Shown here piece by piece: positions 30,403 to 39,995 of a stretch of 64,000 nucleotides of DNA; the first letter of the stretch is position 1; each line of letters begins with the position of its first letter. Under the pieces are notes generated by a model that was not told the origin of the DNA, made no database searches, and saw nothing but the letters and a program-made list of their open reading frames with translations. The DNA lies in contig OY762007.1 of assembly GCA_963665115.1 (NCBI GenBank), positions 4,352,001 through 4,416,000 of the forward strand. Reading direction: 5' to 3'. This stretch comes from an uncultured Rivularia sp. (GTDB lineage: Bacteria > Cyanobacteriota > Cyanobacteriia > Cyanobacteriales > Nostocaceae). A program made the position numbers and the translations under genes.

Positions 30403-30695
30403 CGCGCTATCCTTCCCTAATCTCAGCGAAGCGGATTAGGGAAGGATAGCGCTATACGTTCAATATTTATAGAGACACTGGTGCAAGATATGGATTAACA
30501 ATATTAATGTTTCATACTCCCAACTTTCTACTTTCTACTTTTTACTCCCTACTCCCTTCTTTTCAAGGCATCAAATAACAATTGTAAATGTTTGTTAACT
30601 AATACCAAGTTTAAATTAAGGGTAAATTCCCCCAGTAATAGCTTACAGATGGTGCGGTACAATGCATACATATTAAATTAAACAAGCCGTTCCTT

Positions 30696-31061
30696 ATGAT
30701 TTCATCAGAAGCAAATACTACATCTACAGATAAAAATCTAGAAGCAATGCGGCATTTTTCGGAACAATACGCAAAGCGTACCGGAACTTACTTTTGCTCC
30801 GAACCTTCCGTGACTGCCGTTGTGATCGAAGGACTTGCCAAGCATAAAGATGATTTAGGTGCCCCTTTGTGTCCCTGTCGTCATTATGAAGACAAAGAAG
30901 CCGAAGTCAGCGCCACTTTTTGGAATTGCCCCTGCGTACCAATGCGCGAACGTAAGGAGTGTCACTGTATGCTGTTTTTAACTCCAGATAATGAATTTGC
31001 TGGGGAACAGCAGGAAATTTCTTTAGAAACGATTAAAGAAGTAAGAGATAGCATGGGTTAA
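30696..31061 (+). CDS. ftrC: Ferredoxin-thioredoxin reductase catalytic subunit
   Basis: CPCRHY, CPCVPM, CHCMLF motifs. Confidence 0.95.
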   Translation: MISSEANTTSTDKNLEAMRHFSEQYAKRTGTYFCSEPSVTAVVIEGLAKHKDDLGAPLCPCRHYEDKEAEVSATFWNCPCVPMRERKECHCMLFLTPDNEFAGEQQEISLETIKEVRDSMG

Positions 31062-31071
31062 TGCATCTCTT

Positions 31072-31461
31072 ATGAGTGAAACTATTCCCCCAGAATTTTG
31101 GCAAGGTGTAGAGTTGTTTAATACAGGACAATTCTACGCCTGCCACGATATATTAGAGGCTTTGTGGATGGAATCCACCGAGCCAGACAAAAGTTTTTAT
31201 CAAGGAATTTTACAAATTTCAGTAGCGCTATATCACTTGGGTAACGGTAATTTAAAGGGTGCGATAATTTTACTTGGTGAAGGTAGCAACCGTCTCGCTA
31301 GTTACCCATCTATATATAGTCAAGTTGATGTTGATCAATTATTAGAGCAAAGCATAGCTTTATTAAAAGCACTACAGCAAAAACAACTTGAACAAAGCGA
31401 TTCTTCTTCCTTTGAAGCAGATACTTTACCCCTGCCGAGAGTTGTGCGAGTTGAAGAGTGA
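31072..31461 (+). CDS. DUF309 family protein
   Basis: LFNTGQFYACHDILEALW and YQGILQISVALYH. Confidence 0.88.
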   Translation: MSETIPPEFWQGVELFNTGQFYACHDILEALWMESTEPDKSFYQGILQISVALYHLGNGNLKGAIILLGEGSNRLASYPSIYSQVDVDQLLEQSIALLKALQQKQLEQSDSSSFEADTLPLPRVVRVEE

Positions 31462-31742
31462 TATTGGGAATTGGGCATTGGGCATTGGGAATTGGGCATT
31501 GGGCATTGGGCATTGGGGAGATAAGGAGATGGAGAGACAATCAAAATTTGACCTTTAACCTTTAACCTTTAACCTTTAACCTTAATTACTGCTCACTGCT
31601 AAGCGAAACTTTGGGAGTTATTGAAGCGTCAGGTATTGTGGAGATTATTTGTAATCAAATAGTCAATAAGCTATCTATAACGTTTTTATATAGTACTTGA
31701 GATAATTAAAGTACGAGTCAAAATTATCACTCCTACACTGCT

Positions 31743-32228
31743 ATGACATACAACTACCGATTGCCTAAATTTCAATTGCGCCGCCTCGGTTTCGCTTTAA
31801 TGTTGCCGGTTGCACTATGTGGCGCGGTAGTTTTTCCTACTCAGCTACAAACTGCGATCGCACAGACGGCAGATAATGGTCCTCTCAGTATTCGTGCGGA
31901 TGTGCAAGAGTACAATTCCAATACTCAGGTTGTTACGGCGCGAGGTAACGTGCAGCTTTCATATCCCGCTCGTCAGATAAAAGCAACAGCATCCCAAGCT
32001 CAATTTTTCAATCGGGAACGCCGGATTATTCTCAGTGGTGGCGTGTATATTTTGCAAGGTGGTACTAATAGCATTAAGGGAGAGACTGTTACCTACTTAA
32101 TTGATGAAGGACGATTTGTTGCTACACCAAAAAGTGGTCGTCAAGTTGAGTCTATATACGTTGTAGAGGATGCTCCTGCTCAATCAAATCAAGCCCCTTC
32201 AACACCAAGATTAAGACGTTCTAATTAG
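31743..32228 (+). CDS. lptA: LptA/OstA-like protein
   Basis: Signal peptide; VVTARGNVQ beta-jellyroll pattern; upstream of lptB. Confidence 0.8.
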   Translation: MTYNYRLPKFQLRRLGFALMLPVALCGAVVFPTQLQTAIAQTADNGPLSIRADVQEYNSNTQVVTARGNVQLSYPARQIKATASQAQFFNRERRIILSGGVYILQGGTNSIKGETVTYLIDEGRFVATPKSGRQVESIYVVEDAPAQSNQAPSTPRLRRSN

Positions 32229-32232
32229 AAAA

Positions 32233-32961
32233 GTGAAAATTGTTTTAGAAAATATTCACAAGTCTTACGGTAAGCGGACTATTGTGAATCGCGTTAACTT
32301 AACAGTATCTCAAGGTGAAATCGTCGGTTTATTAGGGCCTAATGGTGCTGGTAAAACGACGACTTTTTATATTGCTACTGGTTTAGAAAGACCAGATAGA
32401 GGAACCGTTTGGCTTGATAACCGCGACATTACTAGTATTCCGATGCATGGAAGGGCACGTCTTGGTGTTGGTTATTTAGCGCAAGAAGCAAGTGTTTTTC
32501 GTCAATTAACCGTCCGCGAAAATATTTTATTAGTATTCGAGCAAACCAACGTACCCCGCCCAGAATGGGGAATTCGCGTTAATAACCTATTACAGGAATT
32601 CAGTTTAGAGAAAGTTGCTAACAGCAAAGGAATTCAACTTTCCGGAGGAGAAAGACGCAGAACCGAATTAGCTAGAGCCTTAGCATCTGGAAAGAATGGC
32701 CCCTCATTTTTATTTTTAGATGAACCCTTTGCTGGAGTCGATCCCATAGCAGTTTACGAAATTCAGGAAATTATTGCAGGGCTTCGCGATCGCAACATGG
32801 GAATATTGATTACAGATCACAACGTGCGCGAAACCCTTGACATTACCGATAGGGGTTATATCATGCGCGAAGGAGAAATACTAGCCTCCGGTTCCTCCAA
32901 CGAACTTTACGATAATCCTCTTGTAAGGCAATATTATTTGGGTGATAATTTTCAAGTTTAG
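32233..32961 (+). CDS. lptB: LPS export ABC ATPase
   Basis: GLLGPNGAGKTT, LSGGERRR, LDEPFAGVDP, ITDHNVRETL. Confidence 0.93.
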   Translation: MKIVLENIHKSYGKRTIVNRVNLTVSQGEIVGLLGPNGAGKTTTFYIATGLERPDRGTVWLDNRDITSIPMHGRARLGVGYLAQEASVFRQLTVRENILLVFEQTNVPRPEWGIRVNNLLQEFSLEKVANSKGIQLSGGERRRTELARALASGKNGPSFLFLDEPFAGVDPIAVYEIQEIIAGLRDRNMGILITDHNVRETLDITDRGYIMREGEILASGSSNELYDNPLVRQYYLGDNFQV

Positions 32962-33214
32962 TATGAAGGGGAATTGGGCATTGGGCATTGGGCATTTGGG
33001 ATGGGGAGACAAGGGGACAAGGGGACAAGGAGATGGGGAGGAAATAAAAATTTCTAACTATTCATAAAAGATTATTAATCCAAAATTAAAAATCTAAAAT
33101 CTAAAATTCCATAACTCCTAACTCCCTACTCCCTACTCCTAACTCCCTACTCCCTACTCCCTACTCCCTACTCCCTACTTCCTCCTAACTGTTCACCGTT
33201 CACTGTTCACTGAA

Positions 33215-34345
33215 ATGCCAATGTCAATTATGGATCGCTATCTCACCAGGGAAATGGTGCCGCCATTTTTATTTGGTGTTGCTGCTTTTTCTTCGCTGGG
33301 AGTATCAATTGGTGCGGTTTTTGAATTAGTACGTAAAGTTGTTGAATCTGGATTGCCTATAGGGATAGCTGCTAGAGTTTTTGTCTTAAATTTTCCCGAA
33401 TTTATAGTTTTAGCTTTTCCTATGTCTACGCTATTGGCTACTTTGATGACTTACAGTCGTCTTTCTAGTCAAAGCGAACTGACAGCATTGCGTAGCTGTG
33501 GGGTTAGCGTTTATCGAATGGTGGCTACAGCAATATGTTTAAGTTGTCTGGTAACTGGATTAACATTTGTATTTAACGAACAAATTGCCCCAGCGGCAAA
33601 GTACGAAGCTACTCTTACGATGAGAAAAGCTTTAAAAACCGAACAGCCTTCTTTTAAAAGAGAAAATTTAATTTATCCTGAATTCAAAAAAGTTAAACGA
33701 GAAGACGGAAGTAAAGAAAAAGTTTTATCGCGGCTATTTTATGCCGATAAATTTGATGGTAAGACGATGAGAGGTCTAACAATTATAGACCGTTCTCAAG
33801 ACGATTTTAGTCAAATTCTTCAGGCCGAATCGGGAGAATGGAACGTTAAGGATAATGTTTGGGATTTTTACAACGGTACCATTTATTTGGTTGCTCCAGA
33901 CCGCTCTTATCGCAATATTGTCCGCTTTGAACGTCAACAGTTAAAGTTACCCCGCACTGCATTAGATTTAGCCAAAGAAAGCCGCGATTACGGGGAAATG
34001 AATATTCTCCAAGCATTAGAACAATTAGAAGTAGAAAAGCTTCGTGGTGACGACCGAAAAATTCGCAAACTTCAAGTTAGGATTCAGCAAAAATTCGCTT
34101 TACCATTCGTTTGCGTGGTTTTTGGCTTAGTTGGTGCGACAATGGGAAGTGTACCTGGAAGAACTGGTTCCGCAAAAAGTTTTGGTATCAGCGTAATAAT
34201 TATTTTTGGCTACTATTTATTCAGCTTTATTAGTGGTGGATTAGCGCAAGCTGGTGTTTTTTCTCCTTTTATTGGTGCTTGGTTTCCCAACTTCTTAGGA
34301 TTGGGAATCGGTTTATTTTTATTAGGAAGGGTTGCAAAACGGTAG
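33215..34345 (+). CDS. LptF/LptG family permease
   Basis: MDRYLTRE, SELTALRSCGVS, multiple TM segments, GAWFPN. Confidence 0.9.
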   Translation: MPMSIMDRYLTREMVPPFLFGVAAFSSLGVSIGAVFELVRKVVESGLPIGIAARVFVLNFPEFIVLAFPMSTLLATLMTYSRLSSQSELTALRSCGVSVYRMVATAICLSCLVTGLTFVFNEQIAPAAKYEATLTMRKALKTEQPSFKRENLIYPEFKKVKREDGSKEKVLSRLFYADKFDGKTMRGLTIIDRSQDDFSQILQAESGEWNVKDNVWDFYNGTIYLVAPDRSYRNIVRFERQQLKLPRTALDLAKESRDYGEMNILQALEQLEVEKLRGDDRKIRKLQVRIQQKFALPFVCVVFGLVGATMGSVPGRTGSAKSFGISVIIIFGYYLFSFISGGLAQAGVFSPFIGAWFPNFLGLGIGLFLLGRVAKR

Positions 34346-34621
34346 GAGTTAGGAGTGAGTAGAGAGTTGGGAGTTGGGAGTAGAGAGTAGAGAGTTGGGA
34401 GTTGGGAGTTGGGAATATAAAATCATTTGTAGTGGGAGCATCTTGCTTCCTTGTTGTTTTCCGTACTGCAAAAAATTCCTCATGCCCCATGCCCAATTCC
34501 CAAAAACTTCAGTGTAAAAATACTGACATTCGTCAAAAATTTAACAATAATCTACATAGGAATTATGACGCAGCACTCTTAAAACGTTAGGATTAAGGAA
34601 TAATCTAATTTTGGGTTTCTC

Positions 34622-36058
34622 ATGTCACGTTTCCGTTACCGTTCCCCCCGTTTACGCTACTTGAGAGCTAGGTTATCGATTTTTACTCGTCCTAGTTTTT
34701 TAGCCGCGCTGGTTTTTTTATCATGTTTAGGATTTGTAGTTAAAGAATACTGGACTAATCCTGATTTTCTGAAATTTGCCCAAAATCAAGAAGCACCGTC
34801 ACAGACATCATCAAGTTCTGATTCCTCGCTTTCTGATGAAGATAGAGCTATTGCTGCCGATATTGATAATTTATCGGTGCTTGATTTCGATAAACAACAG
34901 GCAAATATACCTATAACCACAAATATTAATGATGGTAAGAAAATTAAACAGCAAAACGAAACTCAACTAACAAAGATATTAGATTTAGCTGAAAAGAATC
35001 AGAAAGCAAACAAAATTAAGCCAAATACGACTAAATCACAAACAACTAATACTCCATCAACATCGCAGCAAAATCCGTTTTTAAAGCAAGCTAAAGATTT
35101 ATTAAATTTCAAGTTTGATACTGGTAATATTAACGGTAATGTTAATAGCTTGTCTCCATTTTCTACTGATTTACAAACATCTCAAAACTCATTTAATTTA
35201 GGTATTAATAAGAGTCAATCAGTTAATCCTGAAAGTGCTTTGCAAAAATCAATAAATGACTCTAATAATAAACAAATTCAAGAAAATTTAGCAGAAAATA
35301 GTTCGACTGACAAAAATACTTTTGGACAACTACTCCAAAATGGTCAAAAAGCACCTTCATCTAATTCATCAAATAATCAAAATCTGCGGCAAAGTCAAAC
35401 TGATTCCCTTGTTAATACAAATCTTTTTAATCAACCTTTAAATAATCAATCTCAAAATCCCTACGGTAACTTTAACAATAATCAATTACCCGCAAATAAT
35501 TACACTCAACCGGGATTAAATAATCAACCTCAAAATCCCTACGGCAACTTTAACAATAATCAATTACCCGCGAATAATTACACTCAACCGGGATTAAATA
35601 ATCAACCTCAAAATCCCTACGGCAACTTTAACAATAATCAATTACCTGGAAATAATTACACTCAACCGGGATTAAATAATCAATCTCAAAATCCCTACGG
35701 CAACTTTAACAATAATCAATTACCTGGAAACAACAATTTCAACAATAATCCACAGCAAAATCCTTACAGCAACTTTAATCGGAATCAACTACCTGCAAAT
35801 CAGGTACAAAATCCCTATAACAATTTTAATAATACTCAAACAAGGAATAATGGATATAGTCCGCAAACACAAACAAGAATTAATAATGCTTACAATCGAT
35901 TAATTAATCGAGATTTTCCTGGTGCAGCTACTCGTAATAATTACACAGCACCAAATAACAATATAAATACAGTCCAACAACCCAACGTGCAGCAGTTTAA
36001 TTCAACCTATTCACCACAAACCCCCATTCAGTATCCGAATAATGGGTATCGTTATTAA
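34622..36058 (+). CDS. Membrane-anchored Asn/Gln-rich protein with 26-aa tandem repeats
   Basis: N-terminal TM segment; NNQ(S/P)QNPYGNFNNNQLP(A/G)NNYTQPGL repeated about 3.7 times plus degenerate copies. Confidence 0.8.
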   Translation: MSRFRYRSPRLRYLRARLSIFTRPSFLAALVFLSCLGFVVKEYWTNPDFLKFAQNQEAPSQTSSSSDSSLSDEDRAIAADIDNLSVLDFDKQQANIPITTNINDGKKIKQQNETQLTKILDLAEKNQKANKIKPNTTKSQTTNTPSTSQQNPFLKQAKDLLNFKFDTGNINGNVNSLSPFSTDLQTSQNSFNLGINKSQSVNPESALQKSINDSNNKQIQENLAENSSTDKNTFGQLLQNGQKAPSSNSSNNQNLRQSQTDSLVNTNLFNQPLNNQSQNPYGNFNNNQLPANNYTQPGLNNQPQNPYGNFNNNQLPANNYTQPGLNNQPQNPYGNFNNNQLPGNNYTQPGLNNQSQNPYGNFNNNQLPGNNNFNNNPQQNPYSNFNRNQLPANQVQNPYNNFNNTQTRNNGYSPQTQTRINNAYNRLINRDFPGAATRNNYTAPNNNINTVQQPNVQQFNSTYSPQTPIQYPNNGYRY

Positions 36059-36091
36059 CTTATGCTTTTGTCAACACATACCATATTTAGG

Positions 36092-36180
36092 TAATTGGTA
36101 ATTGGTAATTGGTAATTGGTAATTGGTAATTGGTAATTGGTAATTGGTAATTGGTAATTGGTAATTGGTAATTGGTAATT
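36092..36180. repeat. STRR heptamer tract (TGGTAAT)n
   Basis: About 13 perfect copies between convergent genes. Similar tracts at ~22170-22255, 25199-25237, 31463-31517, 33113-33180 and 53131-53215. Confidence 0.9.
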
Positions 36181-36206
36181 AAAGAAGCATTCTTTATCTT
36201 CTAGAA

Positions 36207-36608
36207 TCAGTTAATTACTTCGGCAACTTTCGCAGTATCTTGATAAAAAGGTAAGATTTCAACTACTTTGCCATCTTTAACTTTGATGAATTCCGTTATC
36301 GGCATTTCAATTTTTTTTGATGTATTTCTGGCTGTAGCTTTGAGGGTGAATCTTGCCACCACTTCAGAACCTATATCAAAGAATTCTAAACCTTGCATAA
36401 GCGGATTCTTCCATACTTTCATAAAAGTATCAAAATATTCTTTCGCTCCGGTGTATCCTTCCCAAGTTCCTTTGTACGGAAGTGATTGAACTTCATGTAG
36501 CTTGAATTCAGGATGCAAAGTAGCAAGAATATTTTCTAAATTACCTGTACTTTTAGCTTGATAATAAGCCTCAACGATTTGAACATTATCTTCAGAAGAA
36601 ACAGCCAT
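36207..36608 (-). CDS. SnoaL/NTF2-like protein
   Basis: NVQIVEAYY, LPYKGTWEG, KVKDGKVVEILPFYQDT. Confidence 0.85.
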   Translation of the reverse strand: MAVSSEDNVQIVEAYYQAKSTGNLENILATLHPEFKLHEVQSLPYKGTWEGYTGAKEYFDTFMKVWKNPLMQGLEFFDIGSEVVARFTLKATARNTSKKIEMPITEFIKVKDGKVVEILPFYQDTAKVAEVIN

Positions 36609-36636
36609 TTTTTATCCTTCCTGTACTTTCTAATTG

Positions 36637-37528
36637 CTAACTTATATGAAATTCTTTTAAAAGAGACTCTCGTGCAAAAACTACACGTGGATGTCTTAAA
36701 TTACCACGATTCCAAACCAGATACAATTTATTAGTTGGTGGATTCAAAGGTTGATGAAGCAATGTTAAGGAGCCATCCTTCAACTGATTTTTACATAAAT
36801 ATTTTGGTAATACAGAATATCCCTGTTCTTCTAAAATGAGAGCTAATACCATTCTTAAGTCTCCAACTATTGCTGCTGGTTGCACATCAATTTGAATGCT
36901 GAAGACTTGCTCAAAATATTGCCGAATCAAAGGTAAATCTTCGTCATAAGCTATCAAAGATTGAGTTAATAATTGAGTCGGTAATATAGGTTTAGTTAAA
37001 TGACGTTTTACCCAACTTGGTGCTGCTACCAAAACAAACGTCTCTTTCTCAATTTCTGCATATCCTAAAGCACGACTTGAAGGTTGTGAAGCGGTAATTG
37101 CTAAATCAATCGCACCATCATCAAGAAGCGAGTAAATTGTTTCCTTTCCTCCAGGGTGAATGCGAACTTTTATACCATGATTTATTAAAACAGCCAAAGC
37201 AGGAGCTAAACGAGCATTTAAAAATTCTCCTGGTGCAGCCATATGAATCGTTCCTGCAATACTAGAAGCTCTTGCCTGTACTTTATTAAAGCCAATTTCA
37301 ATACTATCAATATGAGAACCGATAGAACGAGCCAAATCATGTGCGATCGCCGTTGGGTCAATTCCTCTTGCATGTCTTGTAAACAGCTTTTTTTTGAGTT
37401 GAACTTCTAAAGTCCGAATATGACTCGATACCGCAGGTTGAGTAATACCAAGACTTTCCGCTGCTTTTGTCAGCGACCCCCAAGCGATAAGCTTCTATAA
37501 ATGTCCGTAGTTGGGCTAAATAAGACAT
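36637..37528 (-). CDS. LysR-family regulator (extra base in G5 run at ~37477-37481)
   Basis: MSYLAQLRTFIEAYRLG then SLTKAAESLGITQPAVSSHIRTLE after removing one G; continues into ORF 36637..37335. Confidence 0.88.
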
Positions 37529-37569
37529 TTGATTTTAGATTTTAGATTTGTAAAGAGTTCCGCAACTGT

Positions 37570-38062
37570 GTAGAGACGTTATACATAACGTCTCCCAGGG
37601 TTTACCGAACAAAACGGACCCGTCAAAAATTATGAAAAGGACTACTAGTGGTCCTTTGCATAAATTCTGAGGGGTTCGTTTTCGACCTAACGTCGGGAGA
37701 CGTAGCATTGCTACGTCTCTACAACCCATCAAAACAAATGAAAAGGACTACTAGTACTCCACCACATAAGTTTTGCAGGGTAATCAAAATGTAGTGGGAG
37801 CGTCTCGCTCCCTCGTGACAATCAGTGAGCTTTCCGGCTCGCACTCCCGGAACCCCGCAGAATTAATGTGACAGACTACTAGTAGTCCTTTGCATAAATT
37901 CTGACGGGTTCGTTTTCGACCTAACGTCGGGAGACGTAGCACTGCTACGTCTCTACAACCCATCAAAACAAATGAAAAGGACTACTAGTAGTCGATTGTA
38001 TTAAATTTAACGGATTCGTGTTCTCGGAACCGTTGGGAGACGTTATGTATAACGTCTCTACA
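37570..38062. mobile_element. Stack of MITE-like units joined at CTAG, each carrying a REP palindrome, inside an outer inverted REP pair
   Basis: ACTACTAGT junctions with CTAG at 37645, 37751, 37879 and 37985. Units 37647-37752 and 37881-37986 are near-identical 106-bp copies with imperfect TIRs. Confidence 0.7.
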
Positions 38063-38194
38063 ATCCGTCGGAATAAATCAAATAGACCATTAGCTATAAA
38101 TTATATTATGGCTGCACTAATAAATACATACTTCTCTTATAGCTACATCGCAATTATATTGAGAGATGTAAAGCGAAACGACACTATAACAACA

Positions 38195-38894
38195 ATGTCC
38201 AAAATATTAATCGTCACAACTTCTCATGCTCAAATAGAAGCAAATAACAAAGCAACTGGTTTATGGCTGGAAGAATTAACAACACCTTATTATGTATTTG
38301 TTGATGCGGGATTATCGGTGACTATTGCTTCTATCAAAGGTGGTGAAATTCCTGTAGACCCCCACGAGTAAAAAAGCATCTGGGGAAAATTCTTCCAGCG
38401 TTGAGCGATTCCTTAAAGATTCCCAAGCTGTGGAAGCAATAAAGAATTCAGTTTCAGTCGAAGAAATAGACTCTTCTGAATACGATGCTATTTTTCTACC
38501 AGGTGGTCATGGGACAATGTGGGATTTACCAAATAACCAAAAATTATCTCAAATTATCTCGGAGACTTTAGAACAGAACCGAATTGTTTCTGCTGTTTGT
38601 CACGGACCAGCAGGATTGGTATCTGCGAAAAAAGCAGATGGGACTCCGATTGTTGAGGGGTATAAATTGAGCGGGTTTACTAATTCTGAGGAAGAAATTG
38701 TAGGTTTGAGCGAAACTGTACCTTTTCTATTAGAAACAAAACTTCGTCAACTTGGTGCTGATTTTCAAAGTACCGAAAACTTTCAAGCATTTGTGACAGT
38801 AGACCGAAATTTAATTACGGGTCAAAATCCAGCTTCATCGCGTTTAGTCGCAGAAAAAGTTCTTGATAAATTAGCTGTTTTAACTTCAAAATAA
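38195..38894 (+). CDS. DJ-1/PfpI (Hsp31-like) protein (extra C at ~38360)
   Basis: MSKILIVTTSH, TGLWLEEL, PGGHGTMWD, AVCHGP, TGQNPAS. Deleting one C from GACCCCCACG joins the two ORFs. Confidence 0.88.
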
Positions 38895-38927
38895 CTGGTT
38901 GTACAAGTAATCAAAGGTATTAAACAA

Positions 38928-39770
38928 ATGTTAAATCGTAAAATCAGCTTCTTCGTTTTAGCGGGATTACTTGCTTCTGCTTGCATTCCTCCCGCTTTCG
39001 GAATTTTAAAGTCTTCTTTTATCGATGATTCAGCAAAGCAAATTACCCAAAATTCTTCTGAAACACGAATTATCAAATCCCAAGCTACTCAAAATTCCCA
39101 GAAAATTTTAATTGTTCTAACCAATCATAATAAATTGGGAAATACTGGTAAGAAAACAGGTTTTTATCTCGATGAAGTTGCTCATCCCTATGCTGTTTTT
39201 ACTAAAGCTGGATTTGAAGTAGATTTTGTTAGTCCAACTGGAGAAGAAGCACCGATTGACCCCAAAAGTTATAACCTTAATGACCCATTAAATAAACAGT
39301 TTGTCAATGATAAAAGTATCATGAATCGAATCAAAGATACTTTATCACCCAAAGAAATTGATTCTAATAAATATAGTGCAATTTTCTTTGCTGGTGGACA
39401 TGGTGTGATGTGGGATTTACCAAACAACAAAGAATTATCAAAAATAACTGCTGCGATTTATGAAAAAGGAGGAGTTGTAGGTGCAGTTTGTCACGGTCCT
39501 GCTGGTTTAGTTAATGTTAAATTAAGCAATGGAAATTATTTAGTAGCTGGTAAAGAAGTTGCTGCTTTTACGAATGAGGAAGAGGAAGCGGTTAAGTTAA
39601 CTGAAGAAATGCCGTTTTTATTAGAAACAAAATTAATTAAACGTGGTGCAAAGCATACCGAAGCCGCTAATTTTCAATCTCATGTTGTAGTTAGCGGAAA
39701 TCTCGTCACCGGACAAAATCCTGCTTCTGCTACTAAAACCGCTGAAGAAATGGTGAAGATTTTGGAATAA
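38928..39770 (+). CDS. DJ-1/PfpI (Hsp31-like) protein with N-terminal signal-like peptide
   Basis: TGFYLDEV, AGGHGVMWD, AVCHGP, TGQNPAS; hydrophobic leader ending LASAC. Confidence 0.9.
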   Translation: MLNRKISFFVLAGLLASACIPPAFGILKSSFIDDSAKQITQNSSETRIIKSQATQNSQKILIVLTNHNKLGNTGKKTGFYLDEVAHPYAVFTKAGFEVDFVSPTGEEAPIDPKSYNLNDPLNKQFVNDKSIMNRIKDTLSPKEIDSNKYSAIFFAGGHGVMWDLPNNKELSKITAAIYEKGGVVGAVCHGPAGLVNVKLSNGNYLVAGKEVAAFTNEEEEAVKLTEEMPFLLETKLIKRGAKHTEAANFQSHVVVSGNLVTGQNPASATKTAEEMVKILE

Positions 39771-39995
39771 ATAATTAGAAGGTTTATCATCCTGGCACAA
39801 AAAAAATTGTAGTAACGCACCGTACACCAAAGACAAGCGGTGCGTTAAAACGTTCCGTTTATAACGCACCCTACGAAGAAAGAAATTACTTTTTTTCCGG
39901 TGGAAAATTACGGATAAAAAAAACCGCAGAGAACGCTGAGGAAGAGGTAAAGAGAGATAGGAGTTAATAATTTTATCCCCTATCTCCCTATCCCT

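Larger units (their letters stand above)
28882..30460 (-). mobile_element. IS200/IS605-family (tnpB-only) element with divergent RHH gene
   Basis: tnpB plus subterminal hairpins ACGTGTAGC...GCTACACGT (28889-28919) and GCGCTATCCTTCCCTAATC...GATTAGGGAAGGATAGCGC (30404-30452); no tnpA. Confidence 0.75.

Noticed and set aside
37570..38062. CRISPR array, or ORFs 37535..37732 and 37784..37966 as genes
   Set aside because: Spacing of 106-128 bp with duplicated units and TIRs fits MITEs; the ORFs are translations of the repeats.
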